A DNA stretch of 64,000 nt from an uncultured Candidatus Actinomarina sp. (GCA_902576605.1 CACGVI010000001.1:29429-93428), one strand, 5' to 3'. Shown: positions 18,840 to 29,379, counted from the first letter of the stretch. The notes: generated by a model not told the origin, from the sequence alone. Numbers and translations: made by a program.

Positions 18840-19974
18840 AATATGTTAGTTTTCTCCAAAGCCACTCTAAAGGGCCAAATCTAAAATTTTCAATAATAGG
18901 TTTTGACCAAAAGATTTGCAAACTCCACACAGCAAATATGTAGATAACTAATTGTGATCTTGAAAAAGTACCAATCCCAAATATTCCGCCAAGAACAAAT
19001 ACACCAAGTAATGTTTGGGTTATATAATTTGTAAATGCCATCTTTCCACAGGCACGAAACCTTTCTGCAATGCTTGTTCTAAGTTTTTTGTTCAATATTG
19101 TTAGTAATCCAACATAGCCGAGAACCATCGGAATTACAGAAAGAGAAAGCCATAGCATACTGCTAATCGCAACAGCAGCACTATATTCAGTTGAAATACG
19201 TAAATAAATGCTATAAATTGAAAAAGGTAAACCTATACCAAATCCATAAAACATCAATTTTTTATAAAAATCTAGATCCCTATTTCCTTGAATTATGTTC
19301 AGTCTGTACAGTAAAATTCCAACAATCATTAAAGTCATTGCTCTATTTCCAGCATCTAAAACAAATAAAAGTCCAATTATATTTCCCCACTCAGATGCTT
19401 CTGAAAACCAAAACTTTCCTAAATTCAAAGAACCACCTTCACTTGCAGCCACTATCCAAGCTTCTTCTAAAATTAAATTACCAGAAGCATCATATAAGGA
19501 ACTAACATAATTAATTAACAAAAGGTCTAATAAAACTAACAATGTAATAAAAAATATTGTTATTTTATTATTTTTGATCTGTGGAAACAAAATAATTAAA
19601 AAAGCACATGAAGCATATGTTATGAGAATGTCACCTTCCCAGATTGATAAGTGAGCAATACCAAATAAAAGTAATAAAAAATTTCTCCAAAAGGAAAGTA
19701 ATTTTGGTCTTTTAACTTTTTGTTTTGCATTGTCTAGAAAAATCATAAGTCCAACACCAAAAAGCATTGAAAATAAACCCATCATTTTATATTCAAAAAA
19801 TACCGAAGAGATCACGATAACAATCCAATCAAAAAAATTTTCTGCACCATAAGTAGAGTGATTAAATAGAGCTGTAATTGGTAAACCAAATGATATTACA
19901 TTTATAACAAGTATTCCAAGAAGGGCTACACCTCTAATAAAATCAAGGTTTGTAATTCTTGTTGCCGATGGCAT
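18829..19974 (-). CDS. DUF418/DUF1624 (YeiB-like) integral membrane protein
   Basis: N-terminus R-x-LDFIRGVALLGILVIN is typical of YeiB/DUF418, with about 10 TM helices. Confidence 0.55.
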   Translation of the reverse strand: MPSATRITNLDFIRGVALLGILVINVISFGLPITALFNHSTYGAENFFDWIVIVISSVFFEYKMMGLFSMLFGVGLMIFLDNAKQKVKRPKLLSFWRNFLLLLFGIAHLSIWEGDILITYASCAFLIILFPQIKNNKITIFFITLLVLLDLLLINYVSSLYDASGNLILEEAWIVAASEGGSLNLGKFWFSEASEWGNIIGLLFVLDAGNRAMTLMIVGILLYRLNIIQGNRDLDFYKKLMFYGFGIGLPFSIYSIYLRISTEYSAAVAISSMLWLSLSVIPMVLGYVGLLTILNKKLRTSIAERFRACGKMAFTNYITQTLLGVFVLGGIFGIGTFSRSQLVIYIFAVWSLQIFWSKPIIENFRFGPLEWLWRKLTYYFV

Positions 19975-19986
19975 ACGAAAATATCT

Positions 19987-20202
19987 TTATTCTTCTTCAG
20001 TGTAGCTTTTATTAAACATCCAAAGAATGGTATAGGCTAATGCAATCCCAAATATGTAGAAGTTAAAATTAGGAAGTTCATTAATTTCAAGATTAAAAAT
20101 ACCATCAACAATAGCAATTAATACTCTAAGAACTATTCCAGAACCGATAAGCCTTCCAAAGCTAAATTTTTTTAAAAAAGCTATTATTTTTCCAGTATCC
20201 AT
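19987..20202 (-). CDS. Small hypothetical membrane protein
   Basis: 71-aa ORF with two hydrophobic helices immediately downstream of hspR. No homology recognised. Confidence 0.3.
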   Translation of the reverse strand: MDTGKIIAFLKKFSFGRLIGSGIVLRVLIAIVDGIFNLEINELPNFNFYIFGIALAYTILWMFNKSYTEEE

Positions 20203-20212
20203 TTCCTCTATT

Positions 20213-20602
20213 CTATATCTTTTTCTTTAAGGAGTTGTTTGATTTCTTAACAATTTCATTTTTATAACTTTGGTGAATTTCTTTCTCTTTATTTTTTGAA
20301 TCTATTTTTTGATTTGAAATCTCATTTTCCAAATAAATAAGTTTGTTTTGTAATTCTTCAATTTTATCTTTCATTTCATAAATAATTTTTATTCCATCTA
20401 AATTAATCCCTCTTTGTGATAAATTTTGAATCTGGATTAATTTGTCTATATCTTCCTGAGAGTACCTCCTTGTTCCACCACCAGTTCTAAATGGCTTAAT
20501 TAAACCTTTTTGCTCATAGGTTCTTATTGTTTGTTGATGGATACCTGAAAGGGTAGAGGCTACTGAAATAAAATAAATAGCCTTAGTGTCATCGTTACTC
20601 AT
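20213..20602 (-). CDS. hspR: Heat-shock repressor HspR (MerR family)
   Basis: MerR-type HTH (YFISVASTLSGIHQQTIRTYEQKGLIKP) followed by a coiled-coil. Last gene of the dnaK-grpE-dnaJ-hspR operon. Start placed at the internal ATG (20600-20602), which overlaps the dnaJ stop by 8 nt. Confidence 0.8.
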   Translation of the reverse strand: MSNDDTKAIYFISVASTLSGIHQQTIRTYEQKGLIKPFRTGGGTRRYSQEDIDKLIQIQNLSQRGINLDGIKIIYEMKDKIEELQNKLIYLENEISNQKIDSKNKEKEIHQSYKNEIVKKSNNSLKKKI

Positions 20603-21680
20603 ATAGATAATCCCTTGGACTGTCTCCAGACTCAAATTGATCACGATAATTCTCAAGGTGTTTTTTTGCTGATCTTGACAAATTTGTTGGTGGAGAAATA
20701 GATACTTTTACATATAAATCTCCAGGTCTTCTGCCCTGAGGTGCTATGCCTTCACCTTTAATCTTAAAAGTTTTTCCACTTGGAGTGCCAGCAGGTATTT
20801 TTAAATTTACAGACTTTTCAAGAGTAGGAATTTTGATGCTAGAACCTAGAGCCGCTTCTGTAAAAAGCAAAGGAACTTCAAGAATAAGATCGCTGTTGTT
20901 TCTTTTAAAGAATTTATGTGATTCAACAGCAATTTGAACCAAAAGATCTCCATCTGGCGCTCCAGCATCTCCTGGACCACCTCTTCCACGTAATCTAATT
21001 ACTGTTCCATTATCTACTCCAGCGGGGACCTTAACTTTTATAGATTCATTTTCAATCACAACACCAGAACTTCTACAGGTTTTACAAGCTTTATCAATAA
21101 CATTCCCTTGGCCTTTACAAGCAGAACAAGTTTGTGCAAAAGAAAAGAAACCTTGATTAGACGCAGTTTGTCCACTTCCATTGCAAATGTTGCATCTGTG
21201 AAATGCTTCCCCTTTGTCAGCTCCAGTTCCTTTGCAAAGAGAACATGCAACTTCTTTGCGGAGAGGTATTAAAGTTTCTACGCCTTTAGCCGCATCATCA
21301 AAAGATATGTTTATATTGGTTTGGTAAGTTTGGCCCTTTCTTCTTCCGCCAGAACCTCCAAAGCCAAAAATATCACCTAAATTTCCAAACAAGTCGCCAA
21401 AGTCATCTACATTAAATCCTTGACCGCCAAAGCCTCCAAAACCTGAAGACCCCATTGCACGTACTTGATCATATTCTTGTCTTTTTGTTTCATCTCCTAA
21501 AACTGAGCTTGCTTCTGAAATCTCTTTAAATTTTTTTTCTGCTTCTGTATCACCAGGGTTTAAATCTGGATGATTTTCTCTAGCCAATTTCTTGTAAGCT
21601 TTTTTTATATCTTCATTGCTAGCATCTTTTGAGACACCAAGTATGGCGTAGAAATCCTTATCTAACCAATCTCTACTCAC
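20595..21680 (-). CDS. dnaJ: Chaperone DnaJ
   Basis: J-domain with HPD motif, G-rich linker, four CxxCxGxG zinc-finger repeats. Confidence 0.9.
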   Translation of the reverse strand: MSRDWLDKDFYAILGVSKDASNEDIKKAYKKLARENHPDLNPGDTEAEKKFKEISEASSVLGDETKRQEYDQVRAMGSSGFGGFGGQGFNVDDFGDLFGNLGDIFGFGGSGGRRKGQTYQTNINISFDDAAKGVETLIPLRKEVACSLCKGTGADKGEAFHRCNICNGSGQTASNQGFFSFAQTCSACKGQGNVIDKACKTCRSSGVVIENESIKVKVPAGVDNGTVIRLRGRGGPGDAGAPDGDLLVQIAVESHKFFKRNNSDLILEVPLLFTEAALGSSIKIPTLEKSVNLKIPAGTPSGKTFKIKGEGIAPQGRRPGDLYVKVSISPPTNLSRSAKKHLENYRDQFESGDSPRDYLYE

Positions 21681-22173
21681 TTTTAACTTTAACCATTGCT
21701 GGGCGAATTAAGTTACCTTGAAATAAATAACCTTTTCTTAAAATCGTTTCAATTTTTTGAGATTCACCCTCACCTGAATGTTCAACAGCTTCATGTATCG
21801 AAGGATCAAAATTATCCCCAACATTCCCGATTTCTTCGACTTGTAGACCTTCTAAAACTGAATTTAGAAGATTATTAAAAGTTTCAAGTTCTTTTGAAAC
21901 CTCCTTCTGATCCATAGCCATTTCAAAGTTATCTATAAGAGGAAAGAGAGAGTTTACAAAGTAAGCAACAGATGCAGCGCCTATGTTTTCTTTTTCTTTT
22001 TCTGTTCTTTTTTTAAAATTATCAAACTCTGCAGCAAGCCTTAGATAGTCATCTTTGATTTTTTCATATTCTGTAAGAGGTATTGAAGTCTCTTCAGTTA
22101 CTTCTCCCGCATCAGAAGTTTCATGAGAAGTATTTTCTACTTCCTCAATTGAAGAATCTTCTTTTTTATTCAT
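21673..22173 (-). CDS. grpE: Nucleotide exchange factor GrpE
   Basis: GrpE family similarity ([14 protein letters not shown]-terminal beta-domain). Overlaps both dnaK and dnaJ. Confidence 0.9.
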   Translation of the reverse strand: MNKKEDSSIEEVENTSHETSDAGEVTEETSIPLTEYEKIKDDYLRLAAEFDNFKKRTEKEKENIGAASVAYFVNSLFPLIDNFEMAMDQKEVSKELETFNNLLNSVLEGLQVEEIGNVGDNFDPSIHEAVEHSGEGESQKIETILRKGYLFQGNLIRPAMVKVKSE

Positions 22174-23974
22174 CCTCTATAACTTCACCTTCAACTACGT
22201 CATCTGACTCATCTGAAGATGGGTTAGCTGTATCATTTTGAGATTCTGCATACAATTTTTCGGCAAATGATTGACTGGCTTTTGCAAGTTCATCAATGCC
22301 ATTTTTCAAATCATCAATCGATAAATCTTCATTTTCTAAAAGTTTTTTCAATTTGTCATTTGCATCATTGATTGCCGTTACCTCTTCTTCAGTTGCTTTG
22401 TCTTTATTGTCTTCTAACATTTTTTCAGTTGAAGTAACCATACCTTCAGCCATATTTCTAGTTTCAACAAGCTCTTTCTTCTTTGCATCTTCATTAGCGT
22501 GTTGTTCAGCATCTTTTATCATTCTTTCAATTTCATCATCTTCAAGTGCTGTACCACCAGTAATTGTTATAGCCTGCTCTTTGCCTGTGCCTAGATCTTT
22601 AGCATTGACATTCACAATACCATTAGCATCAATATCAAAAGTTACCTCTATTTGTGGCGTTCCAGCCATGGCTGCAGGTATATCAGTTAAGGTAAATCTT
22701 CCTAGAGACTTATTTCCAGATGCCATCTCTCTTTCACCTTGCAAGATATGAATCTCGACCTGGGTTTGATTATTTTCAGCTGTACTAAATACCTCGGACC
22801 TTTTAGTTGGGATTGTTGTATTTCTTTCAATCATTTTAGTCATTATCCCACCTTTGGTTTCAACACCAAGAGTAAGAGGTGTAACATCTAATAAAAGTAC
22901 ATCTTTTACATCACCTTTTAGCACACCAGCTTGAATAGCTGCTCCAGAAGCAACAACTTCATCGGGATTTACACCCTTATGGGGATCTTTTCCTGTCAGA
23001 GATTTTACAAGCTCCTGAACCGACGGCATTCGTGTTGAACCACCAACTAAAATTACATGATCGATGTCTGAAAATTTCATTCCAGCATCAGATAATGCAT
23101 TCTCGACCGGTTTTTTGGTTCTTTCAACCAAGTCTGCTGTAATTTTTTCAAACTCAGATCTACTTAATCTTTCAAGTAAGTGTTGAGGCCCAGCATCGTT
23201 AGCAGTAATAAATGGCAAGTTAATTTCTGTTTCGCTAGTAGATGAAAGTTCAATTTTAGCTTTTTCTGCACCTTCTTGAACTCTTTGAATTGCCATTTTA
23301 TCATTTGATAAATCTATACCAGTTGATGATTTAAATTTATCAATTAACCAATCCATTACTCTTTGATCCCAATCATCTCCACCCAGTTTTGAATCACCTG
23401 ATGTTGATTTAACTTCAAATACACCTTCAGAAATTTCTAATATAGAAACATCGAAGGTACCACCACCTAAATCGAATACTAAAATTTTTTGATCTTCATT
23501 GTTTTCTAACCCATACGAAAGAGATGCAGCAGTAGGTTCATTGATTATTCTTAATACGTTTAGTCCAGCAATTTGGCCAGCTTCTTTTGTAGCTTGCCTT
23601 TCAGCATCATTAAAATATGCTGGAACAGTAATGACCGCATCTGTAACATCATCTCCTAAATATGCTTCAGCATCTCTCTTGAGTTTTTGTAATATTCTTG
23701 CTGACACTTCTTGTGGGGTATAGTCTTTGCCTTCAAAGGTTTCTTTCCAATTAGTTCCAATATGTCTTTTGATAGACCTAACTGTATTATCCGGATTTGT
23801 TATTGCTTGTCTTTTTGCAAGCTCGCCAACTAAAACCTCTTCAGATTTAAAAGCAACAATGGAAGGTGTTGTTCTGTTTCCTTCTGCATTAGCAATAACT
23901 GTTGGTTCGCCACCTTCTAATACCGCTACAACACTATTTGTTGTTCCTAAATCAATTCCTACGGCTTTTCCCAT
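22166..23974 (-). CDS. dnaK: Chaperone DnaK (Hsp70)
   Basis: Hsp70 signatures ([28 protein letters not shown]), 602 aa. Confidence 0.97.
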   Translation of the reverse strand: MGKAVGIDLGTTNSVVAVLEGGEPTVIANAEGNRTTPSIVAFKSEEVLVGELAKRQAITNPDNTVRSIKRHIGTNWKETFEGKDYTPQEVSARILQKLKRDAEAYLGDDVTDAVITVPAYFNDAERQATKEAGQIAGLNVLRIINEPTAASLSYGLENNEDQKILVFDLGGGTFDVSILEISEGVFEVKSTSGDSKLGGDDWDQRVMDWLIDKFKSSTGIDLSNDKMAIQRVQEGAEKAKIELSSTSETEINLPFITANDAGPQHLLERLSRSEFEKITADLVERTKKPVENALSDAGMKFSDIDHVILVGGSTRMPSVQELVKSLTGKDPHKGVNPDEVVASGAAIQAGVLKGDVKDVLLLDVTPLTLGVETKGGIMTKMIERNTTIPTKRSEVFSTAENNQTQVEIHILQGEREMASGNKSLGRFTLTDIPAAMAGTPQIEVTFDIDANGIVNVNAKDLGTGKEQAITITGGTALEDDEIERMIKDAEQHANEDAKKKELVETRNMAEGMVTSTEKMLEDNKDKATEEEVTAINDANDKLKKLLENEDLSIDDLKNGIDELAKASQSFAEKLYAESQNDTANPSSDESDDVVEGEVIEDE

Positions 23975-24007
23975 TTTAAATTATCCTTTCATAAAATTTT
24001 TTTGTTA

Positions 24008-24208
24008 TTAAATAGGCTCTTGCTCTCTTGGCAAATGCCCTCTTACCCTTGGATAGGAGACAGGTGCGTGAAGAAAACAAAATTTCTTTTTGTTGTATAC
24101 GCTAATTACTGTTTCGCAAGTATCAAATGCGCATACTCGACCTGTAGTGTATTTTTTTGATCTCCTTACACCAGGTTTAACTTGTGATGCAGTTAAAGTT
24201 CCGCTCAT
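24008..24208 (-). CDS. Small Cys-rich hypothetical protein immediately upstream of dnaK (possible zinc-binding, C-x4-C...C-x2-H)
   Basis: 66-aa ORF 33 nt upstream of dnaK on the same strand. The dnaK RBS GAAAGGA lies within the gap. The ORF's local GC is higher than its surroundings. Real coding status is uncertain. Confidence 0.3.
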   Translation of the reverse strand: MSGTLTASQVKPGVRRSKKYTTGRVCAFDTCETVISVYNKKKFCFLHAPVSYPRVRGHLPREQEPI

Positions 24209-24247
24209 TGTTTACCATCCTTATCTATATTGTTTTATATATATAAT

Positions 24248-24265
24248 CTAAGTATATTTACTTAG
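24248..24265. promoter_or_regulatory. Perfect 7-4-7 palindrome CTAAGTA-TATT-TACTTAG in the dnaK-operon / proC divergent promoter region (candidate operator)
   Basis: Read directly from sequence. Lies 40-57 nt upstream of the small ORF heading the dnaK operon. No canonical HAIR (CTTGAGT-N7-ACTCAAG) or CIRCE element is present in this intergenic region. Confidence 0.3.
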
Positions 24266-24372
24266 ATTTGTATTAAATATAACATATTTACTATTTTAAA
24301 CAAAAATAATTTTAAATTATTTTATAAAAGTCTTTATTTAAACTCTTCTGACATAGCTGATATTATTGAAGA

Positions 24373-25170
24373 ATGGAAAAAATGGATATTCACATAGTTG
24401 GTTTAGGTAATTTAGGATCTGCATTTCTGAAGGGGTTAAGGGATTTAATTGAAAAAACAGATATTTACTTATATGAGGAATCAGAGGATGTAAGACAGTT
24501 AATACAGGAAAACTACTCATTAACTCCTAAAGAGTCTGTAAATATGATTAGCAAAGGTGTTTTAATTTTATGTATTAAGCCTCAGAATATAAATGAATTT
24601 TTTGATATTTATAAAGATAAAATTGCGAAAGATGTTTTAATTTGCACGCCAATTGCAGGTTTGGAAATAAAAACAATTGAAAAGTATTTAGAAAATAACG
24701 TTTTAAGAATTATGCCTAATTTACTAATTCAAGATAAAACTGGTTTTATTCCTTTTACTTCAAACTATGAAGGAGATTATCTTAACTTCATTCATAATAT
24801 ATTAGAAAACTTAGGAACTGTTAAAGAAGTTGATGAATCCATGTTTGCTATTGTTACAGCTTTATCAGGAAGTGGGCCCGCTTGGTTTTATGAGCTTTCA
24901 AATCAGCTTGTTAATGCTGGTACCAAACTTGGATTAAGTCTTAAGGATTCTGAATTAATTGTTCAAGAACTTTTAAAAGCCCTTCCCTCACTTGTACATG
25001 AAAATGAAACATTTGAAAATTTAGTAAATAAAGTAATGTCACCTGGTGGAACTACTGAAGCGGGCCTCAATTCGCTTAATAATGCATCATTTGATACAAT
25101 TATTTTCGAAGCAATTCAAAAAGCAACTCAAAGGTCTACTGAAATATCAAAAGAATTAAATAATGAATAA
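24373..25170 (+). CDS. proC: Pyrroline-5-carboxylate reductase
   Basis: N-terminal Rossmann IVGLGNLGSAF and the C-terminal ProC signature VMSPGGTTEAGLNSL. Confidence 0.75.
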   Translation: MEKMDIHIVGLGNLGSAFLKGLRDLIEKTDIYLYEESEDVRQLIQENYSLTPKESVNMISKGVLILCIKPQNINEFFDIYKDKIAKDVLICTPIAGLEIKTIEKYLENNVLRIMPNLLIQDKTGFIPFTSNYEGDYLNFIHNILENLGTVKEVDESMFAIVTALSGSGPAWFYELSNQLVNAGTKLGLSLKDSELIVQELLKALPSLVHENETFENLVNKVMSPGGTTEAGLNSLNNASFDTIIFEAIQKATQRSTEISKELNNE

Positions 25171-27322
25171 GTTTTTAAGTAAATATAAAGCAAATGATTA
25201 TGTATTGCTTTTTTCTGCAGGTGCTTCAGTTGGCACTCTCTTTTTATGGGCAGCCAGCTATATATTTCCCGAAGGAGAAATAGTTGGAGGAAGAAGAGTA
25301 TTTGAAAATATACCTAAAGTTCTTCAGTATATATTTTATGTTTTAAGCGCAGCAACAATTTACATTTCTGGTTATTTATTTTCTCTTCGCGTAAAAAATT
25401 GGACAAGAGGGAAAGAAGAGAAAAGGGATGTAAAATTTTCTCAAAGAATAATTCAACTTTTTGATGGATTGACTATGAGAACTGTTCTTAGGTTTAAAGC
25501 AGCTGGTCTTATGCATTCTCTAATTTATATAGGCTTCTTAGGTTTGTTTGCAGGAACTGTAACTTTAGAGATTCACCATCTTATGCCTCCTTCGCTGAAA
25601 TTTTTGCAGGGAACAACATATATCGTTTATTCATTCACACTAGAACTCGCAACTATTGCCTACCTTGTAGGTCTCTTTTGGGCATTAGCTAGGCGCATAT
25701 TTGGTACTGAGTACAGAATAAAGACAAAAACTACAATAGATGACTATTTAACTCTTTCTCTTTTAATTTTTATTGGAATATCAGGCATAACTACTGAAGC
25801 TGGAAGAATTGCATTAGAAAATTTTCCAGATTATGAAAGATGGTCTTTTATTGGATATGCTGTTGGCCAATTTTTAAACCTTTCGAATCCAGAAGTTTTT
25901 CATAGAGTCTCTTGGGTACTCCATGTTGTTTCGTTTTTCGTATTTTTAATAGCGATTCCTTTGTCTAAACTCAGGCACATATTTACATCACCTATAAATA
26001 TGTTTATGTCACCAAAAGAAAGACCAAAAGGTGCTATGAAATTCATAGGGAACCTATTAGAAGCCGAGGATATTGATAATGTAGGTACTGAAATTATTGA
26101 CCACTTTACATGGAAACAGTTAATGGATTTAGACGCATGTACGGTCTGTGGTAGGTGTACCTCAGTTTGTCCTGCAAACCAAACTGGTAAATCTTTGGAC
26201 CCAAGAGAAATTATATTAAAAGTTGGGCAAGTAATGTCCGAGTCTGGTCAACCTGCTGTACCTGCAACTGTTTCTACACCTGGTCCATTACGTGTAAATT
26301 CTGATAATGTTTTTGAAAGAATTACCTCTGAAGAACTCTGGGCCTGCACATCTTGCAAAGCCTGTGATGAGATATGTCCAGTAAATATTGAAATCTTAGA
26401 CAAAATACTTGATATGAGAAGACACCTAGCCTTGATGGAATCTGACTTTCCAGCAGAATTAGGAAAGGCATATGTTGCAATGGAAAACTCTTCAAATCCA
26501 TGGGGTGCTTCTCAAAATGACAGATTGAAATGGACTGAAGATCTTGATTTCGAAGTTCCTGTCATTGATGAAAATAATTATGAAGAATATGACTATTTAT
26601 ATTGGATAGGTTGTGCTGGAGCATTTGACGATAGAAATGTACCAGTTACAAAAGCCGTTGCAACACTGCTCAAGAGGGCAGGTGTTACTTTCGCCGTGCT
26701 AGGACCAAAAGAGGTCTGCACAGGTGACTCTGCAAGAAGAACAGGTAATGAATTTGTATTTCAACAACTGGCTATTCAAAATATTGAAAATATGAATAAT
26801 TTGAAAGTTGATAAAATCATTACACAGTGTCCACATTGTTTTAACACTATAGCTAATGAGTATCCTCAACTAGGAGGAAACTATCAGGTAATCCATCATA
26901 GTCAGCTGCTTACTGAGCTAGTTCAGTCAGGAAGAATTGAAGTAGGAACAAGCGACAAGCCTTATAAAATTACCTATCACGATTCATGCTACCTTGGAAG
27001 ACATAACGATATATATACCGCTCCCAGAGAAATTGTCGGATCTATTGGCGGTGTTGAGATTAGAGAAATGAAAAGGCAAGGAACAAAAAGCTTTTGTTGT
27101 GGAGCAGGCGGTGGAAGAATGTGGATGGAAGAGTCCGTTGGTAAAAAAGTAAATATCGAACGTTCACAAGAGGCTATTGAGACTGGAGCCGATGAAGTTG
27201 CTGTTGCCTGCCCTTTTTGCTACATTATGATGGATGATGGTGTCAAAGAACTTGGTTATGGTGATAATGTTAAAGTAAGAGATGTATCATTAATACTCCT
27301 TGATAATCTAAAAAAAGACTAA
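25163..27322 (+). CDS. Membrane-anchored Fe-S oxidoreductase: NarI-like heme-b membrane domain fused to an HdrD/GlcF-like subunit (Rv0338c-like)
   Basis: N-terminal 5-TM domain with conserved His. Two 4Fe-4S ferredoxin motifs (CTVCGRCTSVCP, CTSCKACDEICP). C-terminal CCG domains (FCCGAGGG). Confidence 0.8.
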   Translation: MNKFLSKYKANDYVLLFSAGASVGTLFLWAASYIFPEGEIVGGRRVFENIPKVLQYIFYVLSAATIYISGYLFSLRVKNWTRGKEEKRDVKFSQRIIQLFDGLTMRTVLRFKAAGLMHSLIYIGFLGLFAGTVTLEIHHLMPPSLKFLQGTTYIVYSFTLELATIAYLVGLFWALARRIFGTEYRIKTKTTIDDYLTLSLLIFIGISGITTEAGRIALENFPDYERWSFIGYAVGQFLNLSNPEVFHRVSWVLHVVSFFVFLIAIPLSKLRHIFTSPINMFMSPKERPKGAMKFIGNLLEAEDIDNVGTEIIDHFTWKQLMDLDACTVCGRCTSVCPANQTGKSLDPREIILKVGQVMSESGQPAVPATVSTPGPLRVNSDNVFERITSEELWACTSCKACDEICPVNIEILDKILDMRRHLALMESDFPAELGKAYVAMENSSNPWGASQNDRLKWTEDLDFEVPVIDENNYEEYDYLYWIGCAGAFDDRNVPVTKAVATLLKRAGVTFAVLGPKEVCTGDSARRTGNEFVFQQLAIQNIENMNNLKVDKIITQCPHCFNTIANEYPQLGGNYQVIHHSQLLTELVQSGRIEVGTSDKPYKITYHDSCYLGRHNDIYTAPREIVGSIGGVEIREMKRQGTKSFCCGAGGGRMWMEESVGKKVNIERSQEAIETGADEVAVACPFCYIMMDDGVKELGYGDNVKVRDVSLILLDNLKKD

Positions 27323-27636
27323 CTGTTTGAACCCATAAAGAATTTCTGGGTACTTCCCTCAGATTTATTAATGCTATATATTATATATAAAGCGATTGTA
27401 AAGCTACCTAAAGTCATTACAAAAAAAGTCCACAATATAGATGATATGATATTTTCTTTATAAAAAATCCATAAACTAAACAAAATAAATCCTGAATATA
27501 GATCAACTAGAGAGACAACACCCCAGGGCAAACTAGGTATTGGTGATTCAAATATTGAGACTTCACTTTGTGCCCAGATAATCACTATTGTCATAGCAAC
27601 TGTTATAAAATATGAAATAATTTTTGTTATAGTCAT
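27319..27636 (-). CDS. Small hypothetical membrane protein
   Basis: ORF with 3 predicted TM helices. Start placed at the internal Met (MTITKII). No homology recognised. Confidence 0.3.
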   Translation of the reverse strand: MTITKIISYFITVAMTIVIIWAQSEVSIFESPIPSLPWGVVSLVDLYSGFILFSLWIFYKENIISSILWTFFVMTLGSFTIALYIIYSINKSEGSTQKFFMGSNS

Positions 27637-27668
27637 AAAATAGATTCTAAATAAAGAAAAATTAAAAA

Positions 27669-28286
27669 ATGAGTGAAAGAAAAATATTATCAAAAATATT
27701 ACGTCTTGATAAAAACATATATAGTGAGTTGATAAATCTTGATAATGCCTTGCAAAAAGGCATTTTAATTTACATAACAGTTACGTCTTTAAACACTTTA
27801 AGTCAAACAAGATTTTTTGTTAGTTTATTAGATTTTATAGAAACAAATCTTGTTTTAATAAAAAATGAATTTTCAGATGATGAGTTTGAAATCATTCAAG
27901 CTTTGGTTGATGACTACGCAGATATTTTTAGACAACAAGAAGTCACCTTAACACTACTTTTTTCATCTGTATTTACAGCAACAATAATATCTTTGATTGG
28001 ACTTTCGATATGTTATCTAATTCTAAAATTTTTACTATCAAAAGATCCAAAACCATCAGACTTAATTATCATTTCCTGTTTTTCAAGTGCTCCTGGCTTG
28101 CTTGTGTTTTTCGCATTAATCAGTTCAAATATAGTAGCTCAATTTTTTCTTATAATGATACCCGGTATTTATGCATTAATAACTTTTGCATCAGGACTTA
28201 AACAAGTTTATTTACTAAGGAATATAGAGGTTGTTTTATTGTTAGTAACACTCATTTTCAGTGGTGCAATATTAGGGCCAATGTAG
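27669..28286 (+). CDS. Hypothetical membrane protein
   Basis: 205 aa with an N-terminal soluble segment and 3-4 TM helices. No recognisable motifs. Confidence 0.35.
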   Translation: MSERKILSKILRLDKNIYSELINLDNALQKGILIYITVTSLNTLSQTRFFVSLLDFIETNLVLIKNEFSDDEFEIIQALVDDYADIFRQQEVTLTLLFSSVFTATIISLIGLSICYLILKFLLSKDPKPSDLIIISCFSSAPGLLVFFALISSNIVAQFFLIMIPGIYALITFASGLKQVYLLRNIEVVLLLVTLIFSGAILGPM

Positions 28287-28288
28287 TT

Positions 28289-28885
28289 ATGCAAGCAGCA
28301 GTAATTTTAGCCGCAGGTAGCTCAAGTAGAATGGGGTTTCCTAAACAGCTAGCCGAGGTGAAGGACAAAGCATTACTTCAGTCAATAGTTGATAAAGTTA
28401 ACATAAATTTTGATAATTCTTCTGTTGTGCTGGGATCAGAAAGCGAAATAATCTCAGAAAAAATAGAATTTAAAAATTCAAATATTTTAGTTAATGAAAA
28501 TTGGTCAGAGGGTATTACATCTTCAATTAGGACAGCTTTGTTTTTTTATCAAAATCAAAAAGAGATTAATGATATAATTTTTTTCCTAGGAGACCAACCA
28601 GAAGTAGAGATTGAAGTTATACACGCACTAAAAGAGGATGGTCATGAGGGAGACAAGGTATTGATACCTCAATATAGATACAAACTAGGATTTCCAATTT
28701 TAATTCCAAGAATGTTTTGGCCTAAACTAGAATTGATAACCGAAGATGATGATATTGACGAAGAAAAATCAGTATTTCAAGATTTCGATTTAGTAGATTT
28801 TTTTATTTCATCTGAAATTGAAATTAAAAAACTAAACTTTAATTTCTTAGAACCCATTGATTATGATGAAGAAAAAGATTTTTGA
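28289..28885 (+). CDS. MobA-like nucleotidyltransferase-domain protein with acidic C-terminal tail
   Basis: N-terminal AVILAAGSSSRMG..PKQL is the glycine-rich NTP-transferase (MobA/MocA/IspD-like) motif. Confidence 0.5.
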   Translation: MQAAVILAAGSSSRMGFPKQLAEVKDKALLQSIVDKVNINFDNSSVVLGSESEIISEKIEFKNSNILVNENWSEGITSSIRTALFFYQNQKEINDIIFFLGDQPEVEIEVIHALKEDGHEGDKVLIPQYRYKLGFPILIPRMFWPKLELITEDDDIDEEKSVFQDFDLVDFFISSEIEIKKLNFNFLEPIDYDEEKDF

Positions 28886-28948
28886 GAGTGGGAAAAACTC
28901 TTAAAAAAAATCGTTTCTTTATGTAATTTATTTTGTAAAATTTAAAAC

Positions 28949-29353
28949 ATGAATTCAATTGACTCTATAAATGGTATGACACATACCGAAGCTACAAAAC
29001 TAAGAAGAGCTAGAGTCAGAACAACAACAACTTTTTTACAAATCGCTTCTTCCAGGTCAGGTAGGGCTCTCTTAACAAAAGAAACAGGAATTAGTTCACC
29101 TAAATTATTGCACTGGGCTAGGCGTGCTGAACTAATGAAAATTAAAAATCTAGGAAGAGACTATGCAGACTTACTTGAAGTCGCTGGAGTTGAAAGTGTG
29201 TCTGAATTAAAGAGAAGAAATCCGGAATCACTTCATGAAATAATGGCAAAAATTAATTCAAAAAGAAATATAGTAGACAGAATGCCCTCTCTAAAGAGAG
29301 TTACAAACTGGATAGAAGACTCTAAAGATATAGAAATTAAGGTTTCTTCATAA
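28949..29353 (+). CDS. DUF4332-like small protein (helix-hairpin-helix-like)
   Basis: 134 aa. GRDYADLLEVAGVESVSEL resembles the DUF4332/HhH pattern. Confidence 0.4.
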   Translation: MNSIDSINGMTHTEATKLRRARVRTTTTFLQIASSRSGRALLTKETGISSPKLLHWARRAELMKIKNLGRDYADLLEVAGVESVSELKRRNPESLHEIMAKINSKRNIVDRMPSLKRVTNWIEDSKDIEIKVSS

Positions 29354-29379
29354 CCAAGTTTCCCATCTATCATTAAATT

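Noticed and set aside
22296-22751. 151-aa plus-strand ORF inside dnaK
   Set aside because: Antisense to the unambiguous dnaK CDS. Its S/F-rich translation is typical of the reverse frame of a Lys/Glu-rich gene.
23975-24372. Canonical HAIR (CTTGAGT-N7-ACTCAAG) or CIRCE elements upstream of dnaK
   Set aside because: I searched the intergenic sequence by eye and found no match to either consensus. Only the CTAAGTA-N4-TACTTAG palindrome is present; it is reported separately as a candidate.
28886-28948. Hairpin agagt-gggaaaa-actct between the MobA-like and DUF4332 genes as a terminator
   Set aside because: The stem is only 5 bp and is followed by an A-run rather than a U-run on the transcribed strand, so it does not have intrinsic-terminator geometry.
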